Position numbers and translations under genes: made by a program. Below are positions 7,240 through 15,906 of a DNA stretch of 29,368 nucleotides, piece by piece. The notes under the pieces were generated by a model, which was given only the letters and a program-made list of their open reading frames with translations, searched no databases and was not told the DNA's origin. How positions within the stretch are numbered: position 1 is the stretch's first letter; each line of letters begins with the position of its first letter. This DNA comes from a virus (lineage: Duplodnaviria; Caudoviricetes). The DNA is taken from positions 1 through 29,368 of the IMG/VR virus record IMGVR_UViG_3300025839_000361, one strand, 5' to 3'.

Positions 7240-8438
7240 GTTTGAACCTGAAACAAAATCTGGCTGACCTGGGCAAGACACAGCGCGAACTGGCACAGCA
7301 TTTGAGTGTGTCACCCGCCTGTGTCGCACAGATTTGCAATCACGGGATGTTCCCAAAAAAACCGGACTTTGAGACCGTCCGGTCGGGAATCCTGGCCTTT
7401 TTAGAGTTGCACGGCGCAGACCGCCAAGTATGTCGCCGTGCTTTTGATGCAACACCCCAAATCCCCCCAAGCCCCCCTTTGTCAAAGAGGGGGGGGCAAC
7501 GGGCGGGGGATTTACAACTACAGGAGGAAACCATGTTACTACGCAAACAGACATTAACACCAGCCGCCCGGAAGCATTTCGGCTTATTCCTCGACCCGTT
7601 CGCCGATGATCTCCAGTCACATGAGGATGTTTTCCTCTCTGACGACGTGCGTTATGTGCGTGAAACCTTGTGGCATACCGCACGCCACGGAGGCTTTGTT
7701 GCGGTGGTGGGCGAATCGGGTGCAGGCAAGAGCACCTTGCGCCGCGACCTGATAGACCGCATCGCCCGTGAAAACCAGCAGATCGTGGTGATCGAACCTT
7801 ACGTGCTGGGCATGGAAGAAAATGATGCCAAGGGTAAAACGCTCAAGGCGGTGCAGATCGCCGAGGCCATCATCGCCGCAGCGGCACCACTGGAAGGTAT
7901 CAAGCGCAGCAGCGAGGCGCGCTTTCGCCAGGTGCATCGCGTGTTGCGTGACGGCAATCGCGCCGGCATGAAATACCTGCTGGTGATCGAGGAGGCGCAC
8001 GGCCTGCCCACCGCCACGCTCAAGCACCTCAAGCGTTTCTTTGAACTGGAAGACGGCTTCAAAAAGCTGCTCGGCATCGTGCTGATCGGGCAAACCGAGT
8101 TGCGCATGCGATTGAGCGAGCAAAACCATGAGGTGCGCGAAGTGGTGCAACGCTGTGAGGTGGTTGAGCTCAGCCCCCTGGACAACGAACTGGAGTCTTA
8201 TCTCAAGTTCAAGTTCCAACGCGCTGGCAAGACGCTCAGCAATGTAGTCGAATCATCGGCCATCGAGGCGATTCGTGCCAAGCTGACCTTCAACACCAGC
8301 GCACGCGGCGGTCGCGATTCTCGCTCTGTCAGCCTGATCTACCCGCTCGCCGTATCCAACCTGCTCATCGCCAGTATGAACCTTGCCGCCCTGCAAGGCT
8401 TCCCCAAGGTTGATGGCGACACCGTCAAGGAGGCTTGA
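7236..8438 (+). CDS. Transposition AAA+ ATPase (MuB equivalent, ExeA-like) with N-terminal HTH
   Basis: Walker A GESGAGKST, Walker B-like LLVIEEAH, LIGQTEL; HTH TQRELAQHLSVSPA. Confidence 0.92.
   Translation: MSLNLKQNLADLGKTQRELAQHLSVSPACVAQICNHGMFPKKPDFETVRSGILAFLELHGADRQVCRRAFDATPQIPPSPPLSKRGGQRAGDLQLQEETMLLRKQTLTPAARKHFGLFLDPFADDLQSHEDVFLSDDVRYVRETLWHTARHGGFVAVVGESGAGKSTLRRDLIDRIARENQQIVVIEPYVLGMEENDAKGKTLKAVQIAEAIIAAAAPLEGIKRSSEARFRQVHRVLRDGNRAGMKYLLVIEEAHGLPTATLKHLKRFFELEDGFKKLLGIVLIGQTELRMRLSEQNHEVREVVQRCEVVELSPLDNELESYLKFKFQRAGKTLSNVVESSAIEAIRAKLTFNTSARGGRDSRSVSLIYPLAVSNLLIASMNLAALQGFPKVDGDTVKEA
7459..7513. repeat. C/G-run palindromic element, copy 1 (inside the ATPase gene)
   Basis: AAATCCCCCC..CCCCCCTTTGTCAAAGAGGGGGGG..GGGGGATTT; related copies at 10153, 11156 and 17327. 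Confidence 0.85.
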
Positions 8439-8440
8439 GC

Positions 8441-8674
8441 ATGAAATCTGAACTCACTCAAATTCGCGCAGGGAATCGCAGGGTTGCTAACTGGCGCATC
8501 GTGGCAGGGATTCTGGCCCTGCTGTTAATCCAGTCCGTGCTGGGGCGGCTGGATGCCGAAGCGCGGCTGGAGGATGCGGAATACGCCGCCGCTCGCCATC
8601 TTGCCGCCCCTGGCAAAATGAACGCCCCGACCTATCAGGCACTGCGCATTCAAACTTTGCGGGGGGAAATCTGA
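8441..8674 (+). CDS. Small hypothetical membrane protein
   Basis: AGGAGG SD; hydrophobic stretch IVAGILALLLIQSVLG. Confidence 0.7.
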   Translation: MKSELTQIRAGNRRVANWRIVAGILALLLIQSVLGRLDAEARLEDAEYAAARHLAAPGKMNAPTYQALRIQTLRGEI

Positions 8675-8841
8675 TGAAAAAGCAATTTGGCATCGTGATG
8701 CCGTCGGAGCTGTTCGACAGCGAGGCCGAGGCACTGCAATACGCGCTGGAACAGTTGAATGATGACGAGATACCGGACGGCATGTATGTGGTTGAGGTCA
8801 ACAAAAAGACCCTGCTCAAAGTCACCATACCGACGAGATGA
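8674..8841 (+). CDS. Hypothetical acidic protein (55 aa, not in ORF track)
   Basis: TGATG overlap with the upstream stop; reads MKKQFGIVMPSELFDSEAEALQYALEQLNDDEIPDGMYVVEVNKKTLLKVTIPTR and fills the gap exactly. Confidence 0.7.
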   Translation: MKKQFGIVMPSELFDSEAEALQYALEQLNDDEIPDGMYVVEVNKKTLLKVTIPTR

Positions 8842-8854
8842 TGGAGATATGGGT

Positions 8855-9733
8855 ATGAACACACCAACCTTATTCCCCGACCTGCGCGCCGCTATTCTCA
8901 AGGCGTTGGCTGGATCATCCAGCCAAGCCTATGTTGCCGCAAAAACCCTGCTGGGTCACGGTGAGCGGGCGGCGGTGCAGGTGCTGCTCGACGAGATGTT
9001 CGACGGCGGCGAAATCAATACCGCAGCGATCACGCACTACGGCGTATGCACACAAGTCTACTGGCTGACGGGTGTTGTCACCCCCCCTGTCAGAGGTTCG
9101 TTTGTCATTGACGGCCATACCCGCGCGATGGCCGAAAAAAAATACCAGCAAAGCCTGGCTGCAAAAATACAGCCCAAAACATCAATTATCACTCAGGAGA
9201 TCACCATGCAAACCCCCGCCCCCGTCATCGTAAAAAAAGTGCCAGCGCCTCAAGGGCGTATGACGCGCTCAAGAATCTTCCCCACGCTGTGCCTGGACAT
9301 TTTGACTGAAGTTGCCGCTCACCCGGGCATTCGCCGCGATCAACTACTGGACTTTGCGTCTAAAAAATACCCGACGGCCGGTAATAAAAAAATCACCAAA
9401 GCGATTTGGGATATGGTCAATGTCAACAAAAAGCTCACTCAAACCGGGAGCGTGAACGAGCGGATTTATTTTGCCTCCGTGCGCGCGACCCCTTCTACGG
9501 TATCCGTCCCCGCTGTGAGGCGCACCAAACCCGCGCCCGCTGCGCCCTCCGCACCCGCTGCGCTGACACCGGTCGTCATCGCCCCCGCAGAACCCGCCTT
9601 TGGCCTGATGCTGTCGGACGATTACAACCTTTTCATCACGCTGAACGAGGAGGTGATCCGGCTCAATCCGATGCAGCTGCAACGGCTGGATACGTTCATG
9701 GCACGGGTATTCCCCGACGGGGTGCGGGTATGA
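8855..9733 (+). CDS. Hypothetical early protein, possibly with winged-helix-like segments
   Basis: GGAG SD before ATG 8849/8855; coupled to the downstream gene; second SD plus ATG at 9206. Confidence 0.7.
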   Translation: MNTPTLFPDLRAAILKALAGSSSQAYVAAKTLLGHGERAAVQVLLDEMFDGGEINTAAITHYGVCTQVYWLTGVVTPPVRGSFVIDGHTRAMAEKKYQQSLAAKIQPKTSIITQEITMQTPAPVIVKKVPAPQGRMTRSRIFPTLCLDILTEVAAHPGIRRDQLLDFASKKYPTAGNKKITKAIWDMVNVNKKLTQTGSVNERIYFASVRATPSTVSVPAVRRTKPAPAAPSAPAALTPVVIAPAEPAFGLMLSDDYNLFITLNEEVIRLNPMQLQRLDTFMARVFPDGVRV

Positions 9734-10293
9734 AACTCACCTGCCCAGCCTGTGGCGCGCTGTTTTCTCTCGATGCCTTGCTGGGCAACGAAGGCGCGCG
9801 CGAGGCGGTGATGGCGGCGATGCAACTGCCATCGCCGTTAGGCTGGCACATGATCCGGTATCTGGCCTTGTTCCGTCCGGCCAAGCGCAACCTGACGCTG
9901 GATCGGCTGGCCAACCTGATCAACGAGCTGCTGCCGATGATCACCGCTGCCCGTATCGAGCGCAACAGCCATATCTGCTCAGCTCCGCAGGATTACTGGC
10001 GCATGGCGATGGACGAGATGATCGCCAAGCGCGACAACCTGACGCTGCCCTTGAAGAGCCACGGCTATCTGCTGGCGATCATCGAGGGCTACAGCATCAA
10101 GGCAGACCAGCGCAAGGAACAGCAGCACGAAGACCGGCTGGCGGGCAGAAGCAAATCCCCCCCACCCCCCCTTTTACAAAGGGGGGCGAGCGTAGCGGAG
10201 GGGGATTTAAAACCCCGCAGCACCATGCCTCAATCCGTAAAAGACATTTTAAACAGTTCAAAAACAGGAGATAAAAATGGCCACACCTACTAA
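9730..10293 (+). CDS. Conserved Mu-like hypothetical protein with N-terminal CxxC
   Basis: MKLTCPACGA.FSLDAL, YLALFRP, LPLKSHGYL. The true start is 9730 (ATGA overlap), not 9406. Confidence 0.8.
   Translation: MKLTCPACGALFSLDALLGNEGAREAVMAAMQLPSPLGWHMIRYLALFRPAKRNLTLDRLANLINELLPMITAARIERNSHICSAPQDYWRMAMDEMIAKRDNLTLPLKSHGYLLAIIEGYSIKADQRKEQQHEDRLAGRSKSPPPPLLQRGASVAEGDLKPRSTMPQSVKDILNSSKTGDKNGHTY
10153..10208. repeat. C/G-run palindromic element, copy 2
   Basis: AAATCCCCCCCACCCCCCCTTTTACAAAGGGGGGCGAGCGTAGCGGAGGGGGATTT. Confidence 0.85.
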
Positions 10294-10801
10294 AACCCGT
10301 ATCAAAACCAAAGCGCAACTGGATGTCCCTCAGTCCCGCGACGAGGCCGCGCAATACATCCGCCAGTTCGGCGACCTGCAACGCAAGCTGTTGCGCGAAC
10401 AGGCCGAGATGAATGATGCCATTGCCCACATCACCGAGACCTACCAGCCCCGGCTAGAGGTGCTCAAGGGCGACCTCGGTGCCCGTCAGCAAGGCTTGCA
10501 AGCCTGGTGCGAAGCCAACCGCTTCGATCTTACCAACGGCGGCAAGGTCAAGACCGCGAATCTGGTCACCGGCGAGGTGCAGTGGCGGCAACGGCCACCG
10601 AGCGTGCGCGTCAGTAAGCCAGCTCTGGTAATTGAAACGCTGAAAAAGTTGGGGCTAGACCGATTCATCCGCGAAAAACCGGAGGTCAATAAGGAGGCCA
10701 TGCAAGCTGATCCAGAAGCCGTAACAGGCATTGCAGGAATCACCTTTATTAAGGGCGTGGAAGATTTTGTGATAACGCCTTTTGAGCAAGACGCAGTTTG
10801 A
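10277..10801 (+). CDS. gam: Mu Gam-like host-nuclease inhibitor
   Basis: PQSRDEA...I...GDLQR, WCEANR..LT..GKVKTANL.TGEVQWR.RPPSV, EVNKEA, EDFVI.PFE. Confidence 0.93.
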   Translation: MATPTKTRIKTKAQLDVPQSRDEAAQYIRQFGDLQRKLLREQAEMNDAIAHITETYQPRLEVLKGDLGARQQGLQAWCEANRFDLTNGGKVKTANLVTGEVQWRQRPPSVRVSKPALVIETLKKLGLDRFIREKPEVNKEAMQADPEAVTGIAGITFIKGVEDFVITPFEQDAV

Positions 10802-10804
10802 TAT

Positions 10805-10828
10805 GGAGTGCGCAGTCTTGACTGCGCC
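10805..10828 (+). repeat. Single GGAG-type REP-like hairpin
   Basis: GGAG-T-GCGCAGTC-tt-GACTGCGC, same family as the elements at 20276 and 23363. Confidence 0.7.
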
Positions 10829-10936
10829 AGCGCAGCCAAAGCGTTGAAAGATGCGGCTAGTGTAACTAGCATTTACCCGAGGGCGTTAAACGAAACTTAA
10901 TGCCCTCCAGCAAGTGTTAAACGAAAGGAGTATGAA

Positions 10937-11608
10937 ATGAGCAACCAATACCCAGCCAAATTCAAACAAGCCGATCTTGCCCGCCGCGAGATTCAGTTGA
11001 TCCATATCGCCCGGCAGCAGACAGGCATGGATGAGGATACCTATCGCGCGATGCTGCATGATCGTTTCGGTATGAGTAGCAGCAAGGAGTTGGGCTGGCA
11101 GCAGCGTAAACAGCTGCTCGACCACTTCAAAACACTGGGCTTCAAGGTGCGTTTCAAATCCCCCCCACCCCCCTTTGCCAAAGGGGGGCAGCGTAGCGGG
11201 GGGATTTCCCGTACGCTGGCCGCAGATCCAGAGTCGCGTAAAATTCGCTCACTATGGATTTTGTTGCACGAGCTGGGCGCAGTACGCAATCCCTCCGAAG
11301 AAGCGCTGGCCGTGTATGTAAAACGGCTGACCCGTGTGGATGCCTTGCAGTGGGTAGACAGCGCGCAGGCCAGGACACTGATCGAGACGCTGAAAAAATG
11401 GGCGATGCGCTTTCTGCCTGCCAAGGTGGAAGCGCTGGCCAGACAATGCAGCGACGCGAGCAAGGCTGGCGAATTGCACCTGCCGGAAGATCGGGGGAAT
11501 GAGCTGTCTGGCGTGATCGGCGCTGCGCAGCGATACGGCACGTTTGACCCAATGCAGGACGCGTATCAGGTGCTGACGCGCGCGCTGGCGGAGGTAAAAA
11601 ATGGCTGA
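10937..11608 (+). CDS. gemA: GemA / Mu gp16 family (DUF1018) protein
   Basis: IHIA..Q.GMDEDTYR.ML......SSKEL, KIRSLW..L...G.VR..SE.AL..YVKR, LIE.LK.W. Confidence 0.9.
   Translation: MSNQYPAKFKQADLARREIQLIHIARQQTGMDEDTYRAMLHDRFGMSSSKELGWQQRKQLLDHFKTLGFKVRFKSPPPPFAKGGQRSGGISRTLAADPESRKIRSLWILLHELGAVRNPSEEALAVYVKRLTRVDALQWVDSAQARTLIETLKKWAMRFLPAKVEALARQCSDASKAGELHLPEDRGNELSGVIGAAQRYGTFDPMQDAYQVLTRALAEVKNG
11156..11207. repeat. C/G-run palindromic element, copy 3 (inside gemA)
   Basis: AAATCCCCCCCACCCCCCTTTGCCAAAGGGGGGCAGCGTAGCGGGGGGATTT. Confidence 0.85.
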
Positions 11609-12008
11609 GTCTCAGATCACCCTCGAAAATGTTGAGCTGGATGACTTACCGTTGTTGATGCTCAAGCTGATTCGGCTGATTGGTTTTAGTGCCGCCATTA
11701 AGCTGGTGGCGCTGCGCCCCGGCATTCCGACTTTTATTCCTACGGTGATGCAGCCTGACCACTGGCTAGTACAAGAGCTGGGCGTATTCGCCGCCAGTGC
11801 CTTGGTAAAAAACTGGCCTGGCGCGACGATTGTGCCGCCCAACTGCAAGATGGCCTTAATCAAGCTACGCCATCGCCAGGTGCTGCGTAGCCGCGCGCTG
11901 GGATTTTCGCAAACCGAGTGCGCCTTGTTGTACGGATTGACTCCTCGACAGATTCGCAACATCGAATCGAATCTGCCTGAAGATGATTTGAACGGAAGCC
12001 TGTTCTAG
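11601..12008 (+). CDS. mor: Mor/C-family transcription activator
   Basis: LP.....L..LIG..AA.KLV...G....IP and a C-terminal HTH (ALLYGLTPRQIRNI); last early gene. Confidence 0.85.
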   Translation: MAESQITLENVELDDLPLLMLKLIRLIGFSAAIKLVALRPGIPTFIPTVMQPDHWLVQELGVFAASALVKNWPGATIVPPNCKMALIKLRHRQVLRSRALGFSQTECALLYGLTPRQIRNIESNLPEDDLNGSLF

Positions 12009-12226
12009 GGCTTTTGCGGCAAAAGTCAAGCAAGGATATAACTTGCCCTGCTAAAACCCAGCCAGCGCGTTTATAAATCGGTTTTTGCGGTATTAACAAG
12101 AGGGTTCACAAACGCAGATTGTGTGGTAACTTAATAAAACAGCAAACCTATTGCATCCTCCCATCTGCCGCAAGGGCAGTCCCACGCAACAACGCAGCAA
12201 AAATTGCTGCTGTTGCTGAGTGAAGC

Positions 12227-12277
12227 GGAAACGCTTCCGGCTTAACTGCCTGTGTTCAGGTTGCCACAATGGCAACC
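12227..12277 (+). promoter_or_regulatory. Late promoter for the head/tail operon
   Basis: GGAA-acgc-TTCC-GGC-TTAAC-18nt-CACAAT-7nt-ATG; same motif as at 803-761, 20381 and 23468. Confidence 0.75.
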
Positions 12278-13390
12278 ATGCAAACATCTAAACCCATCCA
12301 GATTTTCAAGCCCGGCAGGCACACCGCGATGAGTGGTGCTGCGCTGTCATTTTCTGAAACCGACTTATCGGCAACGGCTGCGGCCTACGATCCTGCCAAG
12401 CACGAAGCGCCGCTGGTCTGCGGTCATCCCGAGCATGACGCTCCGGCGTATGGCTGGGTCGGCGCGTTGAGTTTTGCCGATGGCGCGCTGGAAGCGAACC
12501 CCACCCAGGTGGATGCCGCCTTTGCCGAGATGGTCGGCAAGGGTTCGTTCAAGAAAATATCTGCCTCGTTCTATGCCCCCGATTCCCCCAGCAACCCGGT
12601 CCCCGGCGTGTATTACCTGCGCCATGTCGGCTTCCTGGGTGCGATGCCGCCCGGCGTGAAAGGCTTGCGCAACCCTGCTTTTGCGGATGGCGAGCAAGGC
12701 ATCGTTGAGTTCGGTGAATACGACGAGGTGGTCAACGCAGGCATTTTGCGCAGTTTACGCGACTGGATTATCGGTAAGTTTGGTCTGGCGGATGCCGATC
12801 AGGCAATCCCCGCTTATGACGTTGCCACGCTGGAAAATATCGCGCGCCAGCCAGAACCTGAAAAAAACGACCCCGTAACCGTAACCCCTTCATTTATCGA
12901 GAAAGGAAGCACCGTGACCCCTGAAGAAAAAGCAGCACTGGAGGCGGAGAACGCCCAGATGAAACAGCAGCTGGCTGATGTCGCTGCCCGCGACAAGGCT
13001 ACGGCAGCGGCGACGCGCCATGCCGGACACGCCAGCTTCGCGGAAGGGCTGGTCACGGCAGGTACGCTGCTGCCCGCACACAAGGCGGTCGTCGTCGCCT
13101 CGCTGGATCAGCTGGCCGGTAGTGAGCAAGTAATCGAGTTCGGCGAAGGCGATGCGAAACAGCCGCTGGTTGAGGCATTGAAGGCGATGCTGACCAATAG
13201 CCCCAAACTGGTGAGCTTTGGCGAAACCGCCGGTGCTGATAAAACGCTGCCACAGGGTGTCGTTAATTTTGCGGGTCCCTCAGGTCATGCCGTAGATGCA
13301 GAGGCACTGGTCAAGCTGGCGCAGGCGCAGGCTTATATGAAACAAAATAATGTCAGTTTTGAAACCGCAATTCAGGCCGTGGAGGGCTAA
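12278..13390 (+). CDS. Prohead protease/scaffold (Mu gpI-like)
   Basis: IQIFKPGRH, HEAPLV.GHP...PAYGWV, KKISASFY, YLRHVGFLGA.PP.VKGL. Internal SD plus GTG at 12914 could give a scaffold product. Confidence 0.9.
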   Translation: MQTSKPIQIFKPGRHTAMSGAALSFSETDLSATAAAYDPAKHEAPLVCGHPEHDAPAYGWVGALSFADGALEANPTQVDAAFAEMVGKGSFKKISASFYAPDSPSNPVPGVYYLRHVGFLGAMPPGVKGLRNPAFADGEQGIVEFGEYDEVVNAGILRSLRDWIIGKFGLADADQAIPAYDVATLENIARQPEPEKNDPVTVTPSFIEKGSTVTPEEKAALEAENAQMKQQLADVAARDKATAAATRHAGHASFAEGLVTAGTLLPAHKAVVVASLDQLAGSEQVIEFGEGDAKQPLVEALKAMLTNSPKLVSFGETAGADKTLPQGVVNFAGPSGHAVDAEALVKLAQAQAYMKQNNVSFETAIQAVEG

Positions 13391-13393
13391 ACC

Positions 13394-13729
13394 ATGAAAC
13401 AAAATATCTCGATTTTAAATCTGACGGTGGTGGCGGCTGCCGCTATTGCAGCCAATACGCTGGTGACCATCGGCGGGGTAACAGCAACGGCAGCAGGCAC
13501 GGCGCTGGGTGTGGCTGATACCGCTGCCGATATCGGTCAGGCCGTCAGCGTCAATGTGGCCGGTACGGCACTGGTGACGGCGGGTGCTGCAATTGCTGCA
13601 GGTGCTGCGGTAGAAGTCGGCGCTGCGGGTCGCGCGGTGACCAAAGCGGCAGGCATCACCGTCGGACGCGCCTTGAGTGCGGCGGCAAGAGCGGGCGACC
13701 TGGTCGAGATTCTGCTGATCCAAAACTAA
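13394..13729 (+). CDS. Capsid cement/decoration protein (DUF2190-like)
   Basis: Small Ala/Gly/Val-rich protein (G.A..AA..G..V.V...G...V.AG.AI..G..V) between protease and capsid. Confidence 0.8.
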   Translation: MKQNISILNLTVVAAAAIAANTLVTIGGVTATAAGTALGVADTAADIGQAVSVNVAGTALVTAGAAIAAGAAVEVGAAGRAVTKAAGITVGRALSAAARAGDLVEILLIQN

Positions 13730-13751
13730 AAATTTAAAAGGAATTATCAAA

Positions 13752-14681
13752 ATGTCTATGAATCAAGCTCAAATCCGCGTCATTGACCCGATCCTCTCTA
13801 CTATCGTGCAGGGCTATAGCAACGCACAGATGGTCGGCTCCGCGCTGTTCCCCGCTGTGCCGGTAGAGGTGGCGGGCGGTCAGATTATCGAATTCGGCAA
13901 GGAGGCGTTCCAGCTCTACGATACGCGCCGCGCGCCGGGGGCTGCTACCAAGCGCATCAGCGCAGGCTACCTCGGCCGTCCCTATGCAGTGGAAGGCCAT
14001 GCGCTGGAGGCGCTGGTGCCATTGGAATTGAGCCGCGATGCGCAGCTTGTGCCCGGCATTGATCTGGCGGGACTGCATGTCAAACTGGTACAAGATATCC
14101 ACCTCACTACGCTGGAAGTGCAGCAAGCGGGTATCGCGCGCAATGCCGCCAACTACGATGTCAACCATAAGGTTGCACTGACAGGCGTGAAAAAGTGGTC
14201 TGACATTACCAGCAAGCCGCTGACAGATGTGCTGGCTGCCAAGGAAGCGATCCGCGCCAGTTGTGGCCAATATCCGACCGTGATGCTGATTTCAGCCAAG
14301 GTGTTCGCGGCCTTACAAGCTAATACTTCCGTGCAAACGCGCTTCCAGTACACCAGTTCAGCCTCGGTGACGACGGATATGCTGGCTAATTTCTTTGGCA
14401 TCCCCAAGGTGGTAGTGGGCGCAGCCGTAACGGCCAGCGATGCGGGCGTGTTCTCCGATATCTGGGGGCTCGATGTGGTGCTGGGCTTTGTGCCGCAAAG
14501 TCTCTCTACCATCCAGCAGCCTTCGTTTGCCTACACCTACACGATGCGCGGCAACCCGTTTGTCAAAACGCCGTATTTGGACAACAACCGCGAAAGCTGG
14601 GTATATGGCGTGCATTTCGAGCGCGTGCCGGTGCTGACCGGGATGCAGTCCGGCTTCCTGATCCAAAATGCGGCGGCTTAA
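13752..14681 (+). CDS. Major capsid protein
   Basis: R.IDPILS....GY.N...VG..LFP.V.V, FGKEAF..Y.T.RAPG; 309 aa; gene order. Confidence 0.88.
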   Translation: MSMNQAQIRVIDPILSTIVQGYSNAQMVGSALFPAVPVEVAGGQIIEFGKEAFQLYDTRRAPGAATKRISAGYLGRPYAVEGHALEALVPLELSRDAQLVPGIDLAGLHVKLVQDIHLTTLEVQQAGIARNAANYDVNHKVALTGVKKWSDITSKPLTDVLAAKEAIRASCGQYPTVMLISAKVFAALQANTSVQTRFQYTSSASVTTDMLANFFGIPKVVVGAAVTASDAGVFSDIWGLDVVLGFVPQSLSTIQQPSFAYTYTMRGNPFVKTPYLDNNRESWVYGVHFERVPVLTGMQSGFLIQNAAA

Positions 14682-14688
14682 CCGTTAA

Positions 14689-15114
14689 ATGTCCTACGCC
14701 ACCTTCAGTGATTTGACGGCTCAGTTCGGCGAAACCGAAGTGATTGCCATCAGTGATCGCAACCGCGACGGTGTGGCGGATATGCTGGTGGTAGAAGGCG
14801 CGTTGCAGCGCGCCAGCGATACGATGGATAGTTACCTGGCAGCACGTTATCCCTTGCCGCTGGAGGTGGTGCCGCAGTTGCTGGTGGCGATCTGCTGCAC
14901 CATCGCCCGCTATGAGTTGCTGGGCGCGGATGTCACGGAAACCGAGGTGGCGCGCAGCCGCCATAAGGATGCGCTGCGGATGCTGGAACAGATCCGCAAC
15001 GGGCGGCTGGATATCGGCGTATCAATATCCGGGCAACCGGCCAGCGAAGCACTGACGGTAAAAATCGTTTCGGCGGGCAGTGTTTTTAACCGCGTCAATC
15101 TGCGGGATTATTAG
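14689..15114 (+). CDS. Mu gp36-like head-tail connector (DUF1320)
   Basis: MSYAT..DL...FGE.E, D.YLA.RY.LPL..VP..L...CC.IARY.L. Confidence 0.9.
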   Translation: MSYATFSDLTAQFGETEVIAISDRNRDGVADMLVVEGALQRASDTMDSYLAARYPLPLEVVPQLLVAICCTIARYELLGADVTETEVARSRHKDALRMLEQIRNGRLDIGVSISGQPASEALTVKIVSAGSVFNRVNLRDY

Positions 15115-15115
15115 C

Positions 15116-15718
15116 GTGATCTCACAAATCGAAGACGCGATCATCGCCCGTATCACGGCGGCCAATACGGCAACACCGGGCTTGGGCTACAAGTTGTCCG
15201 GTGTGACCAGTTACGGCGGTGAGCTGGACGATGATCTGGCACGGGTGGTGCGCACCTTCCCGGCGGTATGGGTGGCGTTTGCCGGTGCGGGGAAACCCAA
15301 GGCAGTGGCGGCCTCGCGCGACAAGTGGCTGTTGCCGGCGACCTTTGCGGTGATGGTGGCGGCGCGCAATGTGCGCGGTGAACGGGATACCCGCCACGGC
15401 CTGACGGTGAACGGGGTGATCAAGGAGGTAGGCGCGTATCAGATGTTGCAGGACATCAGCCTGTTGTTGATCAATACCGATCTTGGGCTGCCGATTGCGT
15501 ACCTCAAGCCGGGGGCGATACGCACCTTGTACAACACTAAGCTGAACGGCCAGGGCATGGCGGTATTCGTCCGCGAATGGCATACCGAATATGTCGAAAC
15601 CCAGCCGCGCACGCCGATAGACCCGACTGATCCGATGTTCCTGCGCATGGGTATCAACTATTACCTGATGCCCGGCGACGATGTTGCTGATGCCTCAGAC
15701 CTGACAACTTTACGATAA
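15116..15718 (+). CDS. Mu gp37-like neck/tail-completion protein (DUF1834)
   Basis: GTG start; I..IEDAII.RI, V.SYGGELD, PAVWV.F.G; gene order. Confidence 0.85.
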   Translation: MISQIEDAIIARITAANTATPGLGYKLSGVTSYGGELDDDLARVVRTFPAVWVAFAGAGKPKAVAASRDKWLLPATFAVMVAARNVRGERDTRHGLTVNGVIKEVGAYQMLQDISLLLINTDLGLPIAYLKPGAIRTLYNTKLNGQGMAVFVREWHTEYVETQPRTPIDPTDPMFLRMGINYYLMPGDDVADASDLTTLR

Positions 15719-15727
15719 GGATCCACG

Positions 15728-15904
15728 ATGAACCTCATAGCCGCAGCAGGATTGAAAGTGCCGATGGAAGGCAAGCCACACGATTATATAACCGATGCGG
15801 AACCGGTAATCGTGCCGGATAGCGCCTATTACCAGCGCCGTATCAGTGATGGTGACCTGTTCGAGGTCGTCGCAACTGTTAAAACTACCACCAAGGGAGC
15901 TTGA
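15728..15904 (+). CDS. Mu gp38-like small protein (DUF2635), not in ORF track
   Basis: MNLIAAAGLKVPMEGKPHDYITDAEPVIVPDSAYYQRRISDGDL...; YY.RRI.DGDL motif, located just before the sheath gene. Confidence 0.85.
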   Translation: MNLIAAAGLKVPMEGKPHDYITDAEPVIVPDSAYYQRRISDGDLFEVVATVKTTTKGA

Positions 15905-15906
15905 AC

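Noticed and set aside
7978-8000. Walker B reading IEEAH rather than hhhhDE
   Set aside because: A conservative acidic variant with intact Walker A and downstream motifs; not evidence of inactivation.
9406-9729. N-terminal extension of the 9406-10293 ORF
   Set aside because: Overlaps the upstream gene in another frame with Arg-rich nonsense composition; the real start is the coupled ATG at 9730.
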